A stretch of DNA of 64,000 nt from Gemmataceae bacterium (GCA_009691845.1 SIAJ01000013.1:13749-77748); one strand, 5' to 3'; positions 37,360-46,859 are shown, numbered from the stretch's first letter. Made by a program: numbers and translations. The notes: a model not told the origin generated them from the letters alone.

Positions 37360-40300
37360 CTATGCCCCCTTCGGCTTCGGCATGTCGGGGTTCGGGTTGC
37401 GGACGGCTGCCAGGTAGCTCGTTCGCGGCATCGTATTCAATTCGGCCAGCAACCCATAGTTCGTCGGCTGTTGCTTCCAGGTATTCACTTTGGCCTTCGC
37501 ATCGTTCAGATCGCCGAAGATGATCGCACCGGCCGGGCAAGCTTGCTGGCAGGCCGTCACGATTTCCCCGTCCTTGATCTCGCGTCCCGTTCGCTCGGAT
37601 TCGATTCCCGCTGAGCGAATTCGCTGGACGCAGTAGGTACACTTTTCCATCACGCCACGCTCGCGGACCGTGACTTCCGGGTTCCGCATGAGCTTGTACG
37701 TGTCGGTCTTCCAGTCCGCAAAGGTCAGGAAGTTGAAGCGGCGAACTTTATAAGGGCAGTTGTTCGAGCAGTAGCGAGTGCCGACGCAGCGGTTGTAAAC
37801 CATGTCGTTCAGGCCGTCGGCACTATGCACGGTCGCGGCCACGGGGCACACAACTTCGCACGGAGCCTTCTCGCACTGCTGACACGGCACCGGCTGGAAG
37901 TGCGTGGTCAGATTGTCGGGATCGTCGGCCTTGCCTTCGTAGTAACGATCGACGCGAATCCAGTGCATCTCACGACCGCGCGTCACTTCTTTCTTGCCGA
38001 CGACCGGGATGTTGTTCTCCGCCATACAAGCGGTGACGCAGGCGCTACAGCCATTGCAGGCCGTGAGGTCGATGGCCATCGCCCAACGGTGGCCTTCTTT
38101 GTTCGTCGCCGGGGCCATGGTCAACGGAATCAACCGCGGATCGTCGTGGCCGTGATCTTCTTCCTTCTTGTCATCCTTGGTGTGTTCATGCTTGTGCTCT
38201 TTGGCTTTCTCGCCCTTCCACTCGTTGGGCGAGCCAGGCACGTTTTCGTCGATCGAACGCCATTCGGGCGAGGCAACCGGCGGCACTTTCGCGAACAGTG
38301 CGACCTTGCCGTGCGTCCGCTTGTTCTCCTTCAGGTTCTCTTCGTATTCGTGCAGCGTTCCCTGGCGAACCGGCCGGCGGCCTTCCATGCGGAAGTGAGC
38401 CTGCGTGCTGGCCAGCAGATACGTTTCGCCAGTGCCAGCGATCTTCACGCCGAGCGCGTTCCACGCGGCCCCGCTTGTTCGCACAGCATACGCGTTGAAG
38501 CCAGTGCCCTTGGCGACCTTGCCACCCTTTTGGCGACCGTAGCCGAGGTGCAAGGTGATCGAATCATCTGCGTGACCAGGCTGAATCCAGACGGCCGCTT
38601 TCAGCTTCTTGTCGCCAACCGTGATCTCGGCCATGTCGGCAACGGACCGACCGTGCTCGCCGCCACCCGTCGATTCGATGTTGATCTTGAAGCCATGCTT
38701 TTCGGCCGTCTTTGGGCTGACGATGAGGGCATTATCCCAGGTCAGCTTGGTGATCGGCTTTGGCAATTCCTGCAACCAGCCGTTATTCAGATAGCGGCCG
38801 TCGTGAATCGCAGGATCGGGCCGGAGCGTGAGTTCCAGGCCGGCAACCGGGGCAGTGTAAGCCGGGATGTTCGCGGCATTCGGCTGCTTATCTACGCGAG
38901 CGCTGGCCGAGTTCGGAATGATGCCTTCCTGCAACGCGTGCTGCCAGGCGGCATCGAAGTCCACCTTGCTGCCGCTCGCCGGCCAGTTTTTCTTCCAGTA
39001 GCCCTTCACGATCTCACGCGGATTCAACTCGGTGCGATCGCCGACCAGGTAGGCCAACAATTCCAGTGGCGATCGACCGTTGAACAGCGGAGCAATCAGT
39101 GGTTGGCACAGCGTCACCGTGCCATCGTGAGCCCGGCCATCGCCCCAGGTCTCCAGGAAGTGAGTCTGGTTGATATGCCAATCGCATTCAGCGGCAGTCT
39201 CGTCGCTGTGCGAGCCCATGTGAACCGTCAGGCTGACTCGTTCCAGGGCCTTCTTGAAGTCCACGTCGGCTGGCGAGGTGAAGACCGGATTTACGCCAAT
39301 GATGAGCAATGCACCCACGGTTCCGGCGGACATTTCGGCCACGAGTTCCTTGAACTCGGCTGCCTGGGTCGTCGGCTTGATTTCGATGGGCGCGTGATTC
39401 AGGACCGTCGTGCCGATGTTGCCGAGTGCCCCGTTCATCGCGTGAGCCAGTGCGTGAACGGCAGGCGGCTGATTCTCGCCGGCGATCACGATGCTCTTGC
39501 CCTTGTGGGCATTCAGGTCATTGACAAGTTCTTTGATCCAATTTTTTGCGGCCTCTGAGATCGCCACTTCTTGGACAGCGGCACCGACTCCCTTGGCGAT
39601 GTTGCGAGCGATGGCTTCCACGTCCGCCGAACGCACAGCGAGACGATGATCCGCGACTCCGCCAGTTGATGTCAGCATCGACTCGATGACGTAAAGCCGA
39701 TTCATCTCCTCGGCCGAGGGAACTTTGCCGCCCTCTTTGAGATGGCTGTTACGTAGACGGTTGAAATCCTTCGTGTAGCGAACGGCACCGGGGCCGTTGC
39801 TCAAGAAATCGGCATCGAGCGAAAGAACGCGAAGAGCTTTGGTGAAATCGTAGACGGTGTTGACGGGCTCGCCGTATGCGAGCTTGGCACCTTCGCGGAC
39901 ATTGTCGCGATTGGCCGGTTCGTATTGAACCCACTTCGCCGATGGATAGAGCTTGAGGAATTCATCCTGAATCATCGAGCCAAGTGCCGGCGAACCAACC
40001 GTGTCCGTCAAAATGCGAATGGCTCGCGGGGGATTCTCGGTTCGCAATCGCTCAAGAGCAGTCCGCAGTTCGAGGACCGCCGTATCCCAGCCGGTATCAA
40101 CACCCTTCTTGGTGATCCGCCGCGAGCGGTCTGGATCGTACATATCCAGAAGCGATGCTTGAGCGATCGCGTCGATCGAGCCGAGACTGGTCGGGTGCGA
40201 AGGGTTCCCCTCGAGTTTGATCGGCCGGCCTTCCCGGCTCTTGGCGAGCAAACCAATCGTAATTCCGCCTTGCGTGAACCCCGTGGCATAGAAGAGCGGG

Positions 40301-40578
40301 ATGCCGAGCGTCATCTGTTCGGGTTGGCGAACGTACGGAAAAATCTTTTCGCGGGAAGCAGGACGAGGCGAGCAGCCAATACCAGCCAGGGCGACCGAGG
40401 CACCGGCCAGGGTCAGGAACGTTCGACGAGAGACGGGATCATTCCAGGCAGTTGCGTCTTCCGGGAACTCCCGATGGAGCATGTCCTGGAATTCCGGACT
40501 CTTCGCCAATTCCTCGAGGCCGACCCACTGCTCGTGGTCGACCACGGGGGCCAGCGGTTCTTCGGTTGTCCGGGTCAT
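37360..40578 (-). CDS. actB: Alternative Complex III subunit ActB (molybdopterin-oxidoreductase-like domain fused to a 4Fe-4S ferredoxin domain)
   Basis: 1072 aa. Tat signal SRRTFLTLAGASVALAG. C-terminal FeS clusters CNGCSACVTAC, CQQCEKAPCEVVCP, CVGTRYCSNNCP, CTYC...CQQACP. Confidence 0.9.
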   Translation of the reverse strand: MTRTTEEPLAPVVDHEQWVGLEELAKSPEFQDMLHREFPEDATAWNDPVSRRTFLTLAGASVALAGIGCSPRPASREKIFPYVRQPEQMTLGIPLFYATGFTQGGITIGLLAKSREGRPIKLEGNPSHPTSLGSIDAIAQASLLDMYDPDRSRRITKKGVDTGWDTAVLELRTALERLRTENPPRAIRILTDTVGSPALGSMIQDEFLKLYPSAKWVQYEPANRDNVREGAKLAYGEPVNTVYDFTKALRVLSLDADFLSNGPGAVRYTKDFNRLRNSHLKEGGKVPSAEEMNRLYVIESMLTSTGGVADHRLAVRSADVEAIARNIAKGVGAAVQEVAISEAAKNWIKELVNDLNAHKGKSIVIAGENQPPAVHALAHAMNGALGNIGTTVLNHAPIEIKPTTQAAEFKELVAEMSAGTVGALLIIGVNPVFTSPADVDFKKALERVSLTVHMGSHSDETAAECDWHINQTHFLETWGDGRAHDGTVTLCQPLIAPLFNGRSPLELLAYLVGDRTELNPREIVKGYWKKNWPASGSKVDFDAAWQHALQEGIIPNSASARVDKQPNAANIPAYTAPVAGLELTLRPDPAIHDGRYLNNGWLQELPKPITKLTWDNALIVSPKTAEKHGFKINIESTGGGEHGRSVADMAEITVGDKKLKAAVWIQPGHADDSITLHLGYGRQKGGKVAKGTGFNAYAVRTSGAAWNALGVKIAGTGETYLLASTQAHFRMEGRRPVRQGTLHEYEENLKENKRTHGKVALFAKVPPVASPEWRSIDENVPGSPNEWKGEKAKEHKHEHTKDDKKEEDHGHDDPRLIPLTMAPATNKEGHRWAMAIDLTACNGCSACVTACMAENNIPVVGKKEVTRGREMHWIRVDRYYEGKADDPDNLTTHFQPVPCQQCEKAPCEVVCPVAATVHSADGLNDMVYNRCVGTRYCSNNCPYKVRRFNFLTFADWKTDTYKLMRNPEVTVRERGVMEKCTYCVQRIRSAGIESERTGREIKDGEIVTACQQACPAGAIIFGDLNDAKAKVNTWKQQPTNYGLLAELNTMPRTSYLAAVRNPNPDMPKPKGA

Positions 40579-40687
40579 TAAATCCCCTCAGTCATTTCTC
40601 ACGACCGATGTTCCCATACGTCCAAAGTAGCCGGCACATTCCGAGTGCCGACCTACCGCACAAGAAGTGCGGGCTACTGTCAGCACC

Positions 40688-41383
40688 TCAACGGTGACAA
40701 GTCGAACAACTCGTAATCTGAATCGCGTCGCGGATTTTCAACTTGTTGTGGTCGATAATCTCATCCGTCGTCCAGGCTTCGCCTGTCTTCGGGTTCGGAT
40801 GATCCTTGTCGCGACGCCAGGTCATGCTGAAGATCTCTTCTTTCGGCCGCAGATTCGGCCCTGGGTTGCGATGGCACTTCAGGCACCATTCCATCAACAG
40901 CGATTTATCCTGAAACGTCAAATTCATTTTGTCGATCTCGCCGTGGCAGGAGTAACAGCCGACACCCTTGGCCAGGTGAATCGAGTGATTGAAGTAGACG
41001 TAATTGGGTAGGTTATGCACACCCTCCCAGGGGATTGACTTATCCTGCTTGTAGCTTTCGCGAACAGGCCCGAGCATATCGGAACCAGCCCACATTTGTT
41101 GATGGCAATTCATACACGTCTTCGTCGGCGGGATTCCGGCATAAGCGGAAGTTTCCACGGACGTATGGCAGTATCGACAATCGATGCCCAACTCACCCAC
41201 GTGATGTTTATGGCTGAATGGCACAGGTTGGTCAATAACCTCTCGTTCGCCTGTGATATACGGCGATCGATAAATGATTGTCCCGCCGAGGATCGAGCCG
41301 ACGAACAGCAACGGAAGACCGAACACGGAAATCCGTGCGACCGAGTTCATGCTGCTGTGGAATATCTGGGCCATCAGGACCAT
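40688..41383 (-). CDS. actA: Alternative Complex III subunit ActA (pentahaem cytochrome c)
   Basis: Five CxxCH sites: CRYCH, CMNCH, CYSCH, CLKCH, CSTCH. N-terminal TM anchor. Confidence 0.85.
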   Translation of the reverse strand: MVLMAQIFHSSMNSVARISVFGLPLLFVGSILGGTIIYRSPYITGEREVIDQPVPFSHKHHVGELGIDCRYCHTSVETSAYAGIPPTKTCMNCHQQMWAGSDMLGPVRESYKQDKSIPWEGVHNLPNYVYFNHSIHLAKGVGCYSCHGEIDKMNLTFQDKSLLMEWCLKCHRNPGPNLRPKEEIFSMTWRRDKDHPNPKTGEAWTTDEIIDHNKLKIRDAIQITSCSTCHR

Positions 41384-41421
41384 CCTTCATGGCAAACAAG
41401 CCAACGAACCGTGCGACCAGC

Positions 41422-41763
41422 TTAAAAGAACCGAAAGAAAATCAATTCGGACAGTTTGGTAGTCAACAAAGCACTCGTCGCAGCCACCCCGGAGATCAGG
41501 ATGCCGGAGAGTGGATAATAAATGCCTCGTGCCTTGGTGCGAACACCCAGGATGATGCTCAGGATTCCCAGGCTCGACGCTGCGAACGAGAGCAGGAACC
41601 CGAACGGAATCCACCAAAATACGAGCAGAGCAAAATAGCTCATGCCGAACGAGACCACCGCGAGGCCCCGCACGGTAGCGTGGAGTTCGTGAACCTCGAT
41701 CATGGCCGATTCGGGGGCCTTCATTTCGAGAGTCTCCAAAGCCGCATCATTGCAAGAGGTCAC
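41422..41763 (-). CDS. Small membrane protein of unknown function upstream of actA
   Basis: 113-aa ORF with 3 hydrophobic helices (..LAVVSFGMSYFALLVFWWIPFGFLLSF..LGILSIILGV..ILISGVAATSALL..). Start ambiguous (41763, 41724 or 41703). Confidence 0.4.
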   Translation of the reverse strand: MTSCNDAALETLEMKAPESAMIEVHELHATVRGLAVVSFGMSYFALLVFWWIPFGFLLSFAASSLGILSIILGVRTKARGIYYPLSGILISGVAATSALLTTKLSELIFFRFF

Positions 41764-42259
41764 AGGAAACCCCGAGCCGACCTACCTCGAGTCGTTCAAC
41801 TATTGTGCTAGGCGAGCGACACCCGACCAGTGGTTCGGTTGGAAAAAACCGAAATCAAGAGCGGATTGCAACTCCTACGGGTCCCGGTTCCTCATTCTTG
41901 GGAATAGCAAGCGAGACGATCGCCAGAAGTGGGAATCGGCGAGCCTGAAGCGTCAGCGAGGGCGACAGTCTTCCAACAACAATTGCGTGAACCCTTAAAG
42001 ACAAACACGACGTAGGACTGTCCTTCGCCGCGATACGGATCCGAAAGTGCTTTCACGTCTGCCCGCGTGCGACCTTCCACGTAGAAGCTCTGAAATCGGT
42101 CCGGATGAAGTACGCCATCCGTCGCAGCAGGAAGTTCAATCGTTCCAGCAGTGTCGGCGAGATGGAGTGGCATGAAGAATCGGGGAAGATTCCAGCGCCG
42201 GTCGCCGCGAAGAAACCTTCGAGGCAGCGTACAGGACTGTCAGCAATGAAAAAGGTCGA

Positions 42260-42784
42260 TTAACGCTGCTTCTTCCGTCGCTTCCACCATCGCGAACTGT
42301 AGGGCAACACGAACAAATAGATCCCCGTACACCACAGGCCGAACACGATGCCCGCGACCGGCAGGAACACGTAGAGCTTCACCGAATCGGCAAACCACGA
42401 TCCGTCGTGCAGCGATTCAATCAGGTCGCTACGGCGATAAGCCTTCTGCACCACTTGCCCCGTTCCACTATCGACCTGGATTTCCCAGCGATTTCGAGCT
42501 TGGATTTTCACCAGTCCACGATCGGGACGCACATCCAGCCGTTCGATATCGTCCCATGAATGAATTTCAGCTTCGGGCACGGATTTGCCAGCTGCCAGAA
42601 TCGCATCGAACGAAACCGTGGGCGATTTGCCCGTCCCCTTGGTCGTGGCTGGCTGCACCCACGTCCACTCCTTCTTGAGTTGCAGCAGGAAGCCCGTGAC
42701 GATCACGAGTAGAAAGGGCAATGCGATCAGAATCGCACCCCAGCGGTGGCTCTTCCGCATGAACACACGAGGGTTGAATGGCAT
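42260..42784 (-). CDS. PepSY-domain membrane protein
   Basis: MPFNPRVFMRKSHRWGAILIALPFLLVIVTGFLL.. (the PepSY-TM-like KxHRW start), a central PepSY-like domain, and a C-terminal TM helix plus basic tail. Confidence 0.6.
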   Translation of the reverse strand: MPFNPRVFMRKSHRWGAILIALPFLLVIVTGFLLQLKKEWTWVQPATTKGTGKSPTVSFDAILAAGKSVPEAEIHSWDDIERLDVRPDRGLVKIQARNRWEIQVDSGTGQVVQKAYRRSDLIESLHDGSWFADSVKLYVFLPVAGIVFGLWCTGIYLFVLPYSSRWWKRRKKQR

Positions 42785-42852
42785 GGGAACCTCGCAAGCG
42801 TTTAACGCCACGGATTTCTCGGCGCAGCCTGGCCGAAATTAGTACAGATTCA

Positions 42853-42932
42853 CCACGGATTTCACGGATTTACACGGATAAAACCAGGCCGCTCAACCAT
42901 TTCTTATCCGTGTAAATCCGTGAAATCCGTGG
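42853..42932. repeat. Perfect 29-bp inverted repeat with a 22-nt spacer; each arm consists of three 9-10 bp CACGGATTT-type units
   Basis: Arm 1, 42853-42881: ccacggatttcacggatttacacggataa. Arm 2, 42904-42932: ttatccgtgtaaatccgtgaaatccgtgg, the exact reverse complement. A solo unit lies at 42809-42818 (cacggatttc). Confidence 0.85.
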
Positions 42933-43035
42933 TCTTAAATGTCTTTCCTGTACCCGACGCAAATCTTGCCGTTCTACGAAAACTCTGCTCCTTGGTAGAG
43001 CGGATCCAAAATGTAGAAGTTACCCAGCCCCGCCC

Positions 43036-43063
43036 AAATCTGTGCAATCGGTGTAATCTGTGG
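43036..43063. repeat. Degenerate third array of the same 9-bp unit (AATCNGTG x3)
   Basis: aaatctgtg-caatcggtg-taatctgtgg, in the same orientation as arm 2 above, 36 nt upstream of the helicase start. Confidence 0.6.
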
Positions 43064-43098
43064 ATGACAGTCAATCACCATGAACCCAAGAATTTCTG

Positions 43099-44988
43099 AT
43101 GACTCCGCTCGGCGACGACCACTTTGATCGGCTCTCTCGCTTACTCGACCTTGAGGGAGAGGCCGAGCGCGAACAGGCGACCCGCTCAGATTCCGAGGGC
43201 GAGGGGCGAGCCCTGACTGCCCTCGTCGTTCGCGACGAAGACGCAGGCCTGGGCGGAAGATTGCTGCTTACGTTTGGCAAACGCGATCTGGCCTTGCCAT
43301 TGCCCCCCACGCGATTGCAACCGGGTTCGCCCGTGTTGTTGAAGTGTCCGAACGATGGCGACCAGGTTGCGGTGCGTGGGATCGTCTTCGCTCGCGATCG
43401 AACGACGATTCGTGTCGCCATCGACGCTTCGGATGATTCGATTCCCGAAGGCGAAACCTGGAGGATCGAACTCTCAAGCGACGAACTGTCCCGTCGCCGG
43501 CAGAAGTCCGCGATGGCGTCAGCCAAGAACGCGAAACGCGATCGCCTCGCCGAGTTGCGCGAAGTGCTTCTCGGTCGCCGGGAACCGGAGTTCGACAAGC
43601 CCACGCCGCTCTCGCCGCTCGATGCTGGGCTGAACGAATCGCAACAGGATGCCATCGCCCTGGCTCTCGCCGCGAAGGACCTGGCCATCATTCACGGCCC
43701 ACCGGGCACCGGCAAGACGACGGCCGTGGTCGAAGTGATCCGCCAGGCGGTTCGGCGTGGCGATCGCGTGCTGGCCTGTGCGCCGAGCAACCTGGCCGTG
43801 GACAATCTGCTCGAAAAATTGCTCGCGGCCGGTGAAAACCCGGTGCGTCTCGGGCACCCGGCCCGCGTGTCTGAATCGCTGCGGGAGCACACGCTCGATG
43901 TCTTGGCCGAGAGCCATTCGGACGCGAAGCAGGCGCGCAAGTTCTACAAGGAAGCCCACGCGATGCTGCGAAAATCCGGCAAATGGACGAGGGCCAAGCC
44001 GGAGCCGGGCGAGCGCGGCAGCCTGCGTCGCGAAGCCCGCGCCCTGATTGACGACGCCCGCAAGCTCGACGACCTGGCCGTCGAAAAGATTCTCGACGGC
44101 ACGCGGATTCTCTGTGCCACGCTCACGGGATTGAACGCCGACTTGCTGGGGAATCGCACGTTCGATCTGATCGCAATCGATGAAGCCTGCCAAACCCCGG
44201 AGCCGGCCTGCTGGACCGCAATCGGCCGGGCGAAGCGAATCGTGCTGGCCGGCGATCACTGCCAGCTTCCGCCCACGGTGCTCTCGCTCGAAGCTAGTCG
44301 AAAGGGACTGCGCGTTAGTCTCATGGAGAGGCTCGTCGCCTGTTTCGGCCCAACGATCACTCGGCGACTTCGCATGCAATACCGCATGAACGACGCCATC
44401 GCCGGCTTCTCTTCGGCCGAGTTTTATGCAACCGATTTGGTAGCGCACGAATCGGTGACGGGGCATCTGCTTCGCGATCTTCCCGGAGTCGAATCGACTG
44501 CGCTAACGGTTACCCCAGTGCAATTCATCGACACGGCCGGCGCGGGCTACGACGAGGAAGAAGTGAACGAGAGTAAACGGAACGTCAACGAAGCCAAGCT
44601 GGCCGTCGTGAAAGTCCGCGGCTTGCTTGAAGCCGGCCTGGCACCGGAGCAGATTGCCGTGATCGCCCCGTATTCTGCACAAGTGAAATTATTGCGCGAG
44701 ATGCTCGACGTTGCCGGTCTTGAAATCGACAGCGTCGATGGTTTCCAGGGCCGCGAGAAGGAGGCGGTCGTGTTGACGATCGTCAGGTCAAATCCCGAAG
44801 GTGATGTCGGTTTCCTGGCAGATGTCAGGCGAACCAACGTGGCCCTCACGCGGGCAAGGCGAAAGCTCATCGTGATCGGCGACAGCGCAACACTGGCGAA
44901 TCATCCGTTCTACCAACGAATGCTGACCTATTTCGAACAAATCGGAGCATACAGCAGCGTGTGGGAGGAAAGCGATCCGGCCACGTAA
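43099..44988 (+). CDS. Superfamily-1 helicase of the Upf1/DNA2/IGHMBP2-like family
   Basis: IIHGPPGTGKTT (Walker A), LIAIDEACQ (Walker B), DGFQGREKEAV, NVALTRARRKLIVIG. The N-terminal roughly 170 aa form a beta-rich domain. Confidence 0.85.
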   Translation: MTPLGDDHFDRLSRLLDLEGEAEREQATRSDSEGEGRALTALVVRDEDAGLGGRLLLTFGKRDLALPLPPTRLQPGSPVLLKCPNDGDQVAVRGIVFARDRTTIRVAIDASDDSIPEGETWRIELSSDELSRRRQKSAMASAKNAKRDRLAELREVLLGRREPEFDKPTPLSPLDAGLNESQQDAIALALAAKDLAIIHGPPGTGKTTAVVEVIRQAVRRGDRVLACAPSNLAVDNLLEKLLAAGENPVRLGHPARVSESLREHTLDVLAESHSDAKQARKFYKEAHAMLRKSGKWTRAKPEPGERGSLRREARALIDDARKLDDLAVEKILDGTRILCATLTGLNADLLGNRTFDLIAIDEACQTPEPACWTAIGRAKRIVLAGDHCQLPPTVLSLEASRKGLRVSLMERLVACFGPTITRRLRMQYRMNDAIAGFSSAEFYATDLVAHESVTGHLLRDLPGVESTALTVTPVQFIDTAGAGYDEEEVNESKRNVNEAKLAVVKVRGLLEAGLAPEQIAVIAPYSAQVKLLREMLDVAGLEIDSVDGFQGREKEAVVLTIVRSNPEGDVGFLADVRRTNVALTRARRKLIVIGDSATLANHPFYQRMLTYFEQIGAYSSVWEESDPAT

Positions 44989-45040
44989 GCGATGGAAATT
45001 TCTATGATTTGCAGATCCGAGGCAGTGCCGGCAAATCCTT

Positions 45041-45640
45041 ATGCCCCAACAACTCACGCTCGTCTGTCATCCCCTCACGCCCGACCGCTGGGACGATTTT
45101 GAAAAGCTCTTCGGCGAACGAGGGGCTTGCGGCGGTTGTTGGTGTACTGCCTGGCGGCGCCCGTGCGCCGATTTCGTGCGCGAGAAAGGGGCGGGCAACC
45201 GCCGATTTATTTTGAAGGTCGTTTGAGACGGTGAACCTCCTGGAATCATCGGCTACCTCGGGAAAGAACCCATCGGCTGGTGTGCAGTCGCGCTTCGCGA
45301 AGAGTATGTGGCACTCGAACGTTCGCGAATTCTCAAGCCCGTGGATGACACTCCCGTTTGGTCGATTTCTTGCCTGTTCGTCCACAAGGGACAGCGGAAA
45401 AAAGGGATCAGCGTTCAACTGCTGCGCGATGCAGTTGACCATGTGAAATCGCGAGGGGGAAAGGTCGTTGAAGGCTATCCGGTCGAGCCTTACTCGGAAG
45501 ACATGCCCGCCCCGTTTGCCTGGGTCGGGCTTGCCAGTGCTTTCCTCGCGGCCGGGTTCAAGGAAGTTGCCCGGCGCTCAAAGTCGCGGCCCATCATGCG
45601 GATCGAAATCAAGAAGGCCGCTGGTCGTTCGAAGCGTTAA
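45041..45640 (+). pseudogene. GNAT-family N-acetyltransferase interrupted by one in-frame TGA (45224-45226)
   Basis: ORFs 45041..45226 and 45308..45640 share a frame. Reading through gives ..FGERGACGGCWCTAWRRPCADFVREKGAGNRRFILKVV*DGEPPGIIGYLGKEPIGWCAVALREEYVALERSRILKPVDDTPVWSISCLFVHKGQRKKGISVQLL.. This is one continuous member of a GNAT subfamily I recognise (FGERGACGGCWCM.WR...). Confidence 0.7.
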
Positions 45641-46833
45641 TTTACGACGCCCGCTTTCCGAAGCTCTTCCAATCGCACAGCATCGAGGCCCAGGTATTCG
45701 CCCAGGATCATGTCCGTGTGTTCCCCCAATCGGGGCGGAAACGTCGGACTCGGCAACTCGGCCCCGGTGAAGTGGAACGGCGTGCCTATCAGATCCACGG
45801 GCTTGCCGTGCGGGTCCGTCACGTTCATCCTCATGCCGCGACTGAGCACCTGCTCGTTCTGGAAGACCGATGCATAATCGTTTACCGGCGCATGTGGGAC
45901 GCGAGTGTGCTCCAAGCGTTCGCACCAGGCGGCCACGGTTCGCTGCAAGAACAGCTCGTTCAGGATCGGGAACAGCACCTCACGATGTTGCACGCGAAGC
46001 GGGTTGCTCGTGAAGCGGGCATCGCTTGCCAAGTTCGGTGATTCCGCAGCCACGCAGAAGTGCTGCCATTGCGAATCATTGCCCACGTTCAGTGCGATCC
46101 AGCCATCGCTGGCCTGGAACACCGCATACGGCACGATCTGGAAGTGTGCATTACCGGGCCGGGGCGGGACTTTGCCCGTGAGCAAGTAAGCCTGAGCGAG
46201 ATTGATCTGCGCGGCAATCGCGCAATCGAGCAGAGCGAGATCAATGTGATACCCGTGACCCGATTGCTCACGGGCTCGCAAGGCTGCAAGAATACCGATG
46301 CCCGCGTACATGCCGGTGAGGATATCTGCCATGGCCACGCCGACCTTACACGGCGGTCCTTTCACAGGACCGGTCATCGACATCAACCCGCTCAGTGCCT
46401 GTATTGCGAGGTCGTAACCGGGATCGTTTTTCATCGGGCCGGTCTGGCCGAAGCCGGTGATGGAACAAGCGACCAACCGGGGATGGCGAGCCAACAGATC
46501 TTTGGGTGCAAGCCCCATTTTCTCGGCACTATCGGTGCGAAAGTTTTCGATGAGCACATCGCACTTGTCGATGAGATCGTGAAAGAGCTTCAACCCTTCG
46601 GGCTTGCCGAGGTCGAGTGCGAACGCTCGCTTGTTCCGATTCGCACACAGGTAATAGGCAGACATCTGCACATCGTGAAATGGCGGCCCCCAAGTGCGAG
46701 TATCGTCGCCCTGGCCTGGGCGTTCGAGCTTGATGACCTCTGCACCGAGATCAGCAAGAATCTGGCCGCAGAATGGACCGGCCAACACACGGGAGGCGTC
46801 GAGGACTTTAAGGCCGGAGAGGGGGGTGTGCAT
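45637..46833 (-). CDS. Family III CoA-transferase (CaiB/BaiF/Frc-like)
   Basis: LSGLKVLDASRVLAGPFCGQILADLGAEVIKLERP is the family hallmark. 398 aa. Its stop overlaps the GNAT stop. Confidence 0.9.
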   Translation of the reverse strand: MHTPLSGLKVLDASRVLAGPFCGQILADLGAEVIKLERPGQGDDTRTWGPPFHDVQMSAYYLCANRNKRAFALDLGKPEGLKLFHDLIDKCDVLIENFRTDSAEKMGLAPKDLLARHPRLVACSITGFGQTGPMKNDPGYDLAIQALSGLMSMTGPVKGPPCKVGVAMADILTGMYAGIGILAALRAREQSGHGYHIDLALLDCAIAAQINLAQAYLLTGKVPPRPGNAHFQIVPYAVFQASDGWIALNVGNDSQWQHFCVAAESPNLASDARFTSNPLRVQHREVLFPILNELFLQRTVAAWCERLEHTRVPHAPVNDYASVFQNEQVLSRGMRMNVTDPHGKPVDLIGTPFHFTGAELPSPTFPPRLGEHTDMILGEYLGLDAVRLEELRKAGVVN

Positions 46834-46859
46834 ACGGTTCTAGTTCGCGTGTGTGACGT

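Noticed and set aside
37825-39558. A 577-aa plus-strand ORF.
   Set aside because: It lies entirely antisense to actB, which has a Tat signal, FeS motifs and operon context. It has shadow-ORF composition.
41892-42173. A 93-aa minus-strand ORF (MPLHLADTAGTIELPAATDGVLHPDRFQSFYVEGRTRADVKALSDPYRGEGQSYVVFVFK..).
   Set aside because: The first 60 residues are protein-like in composition, but I recognise no family and the tail looks random. Left uncalled; it could be real or another remnant.
42808-43063. CRISPR array, suggested by the repeated CACGGATTT units.
   Set aside because: The units are only 9-10 bp and directly abutting, with no spacers. They are arranged as an inverted pair, and no cas genes are in the window.
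43519-44466. A 315-aa minus-strand ORF.
   Set aside because: It is antisense to the SF1 helicase gene, which carries a complete motif set.
4778-45640. Stop-codon reassignment or programmed recoding as the explanation for the in-frame TAA, TAG and TGA.
   Set aside because: - All three stop codons also terminate well-defined genes in this window at the expected protein ends. Examples: TGA for ubiX and coxIV, TAA for the CoA-transferase and the GNAT gene.
- One of each type is interrupted, which argues against a single recoding mechanism.
- No SECIS-like hairpin was seen after the TGA.
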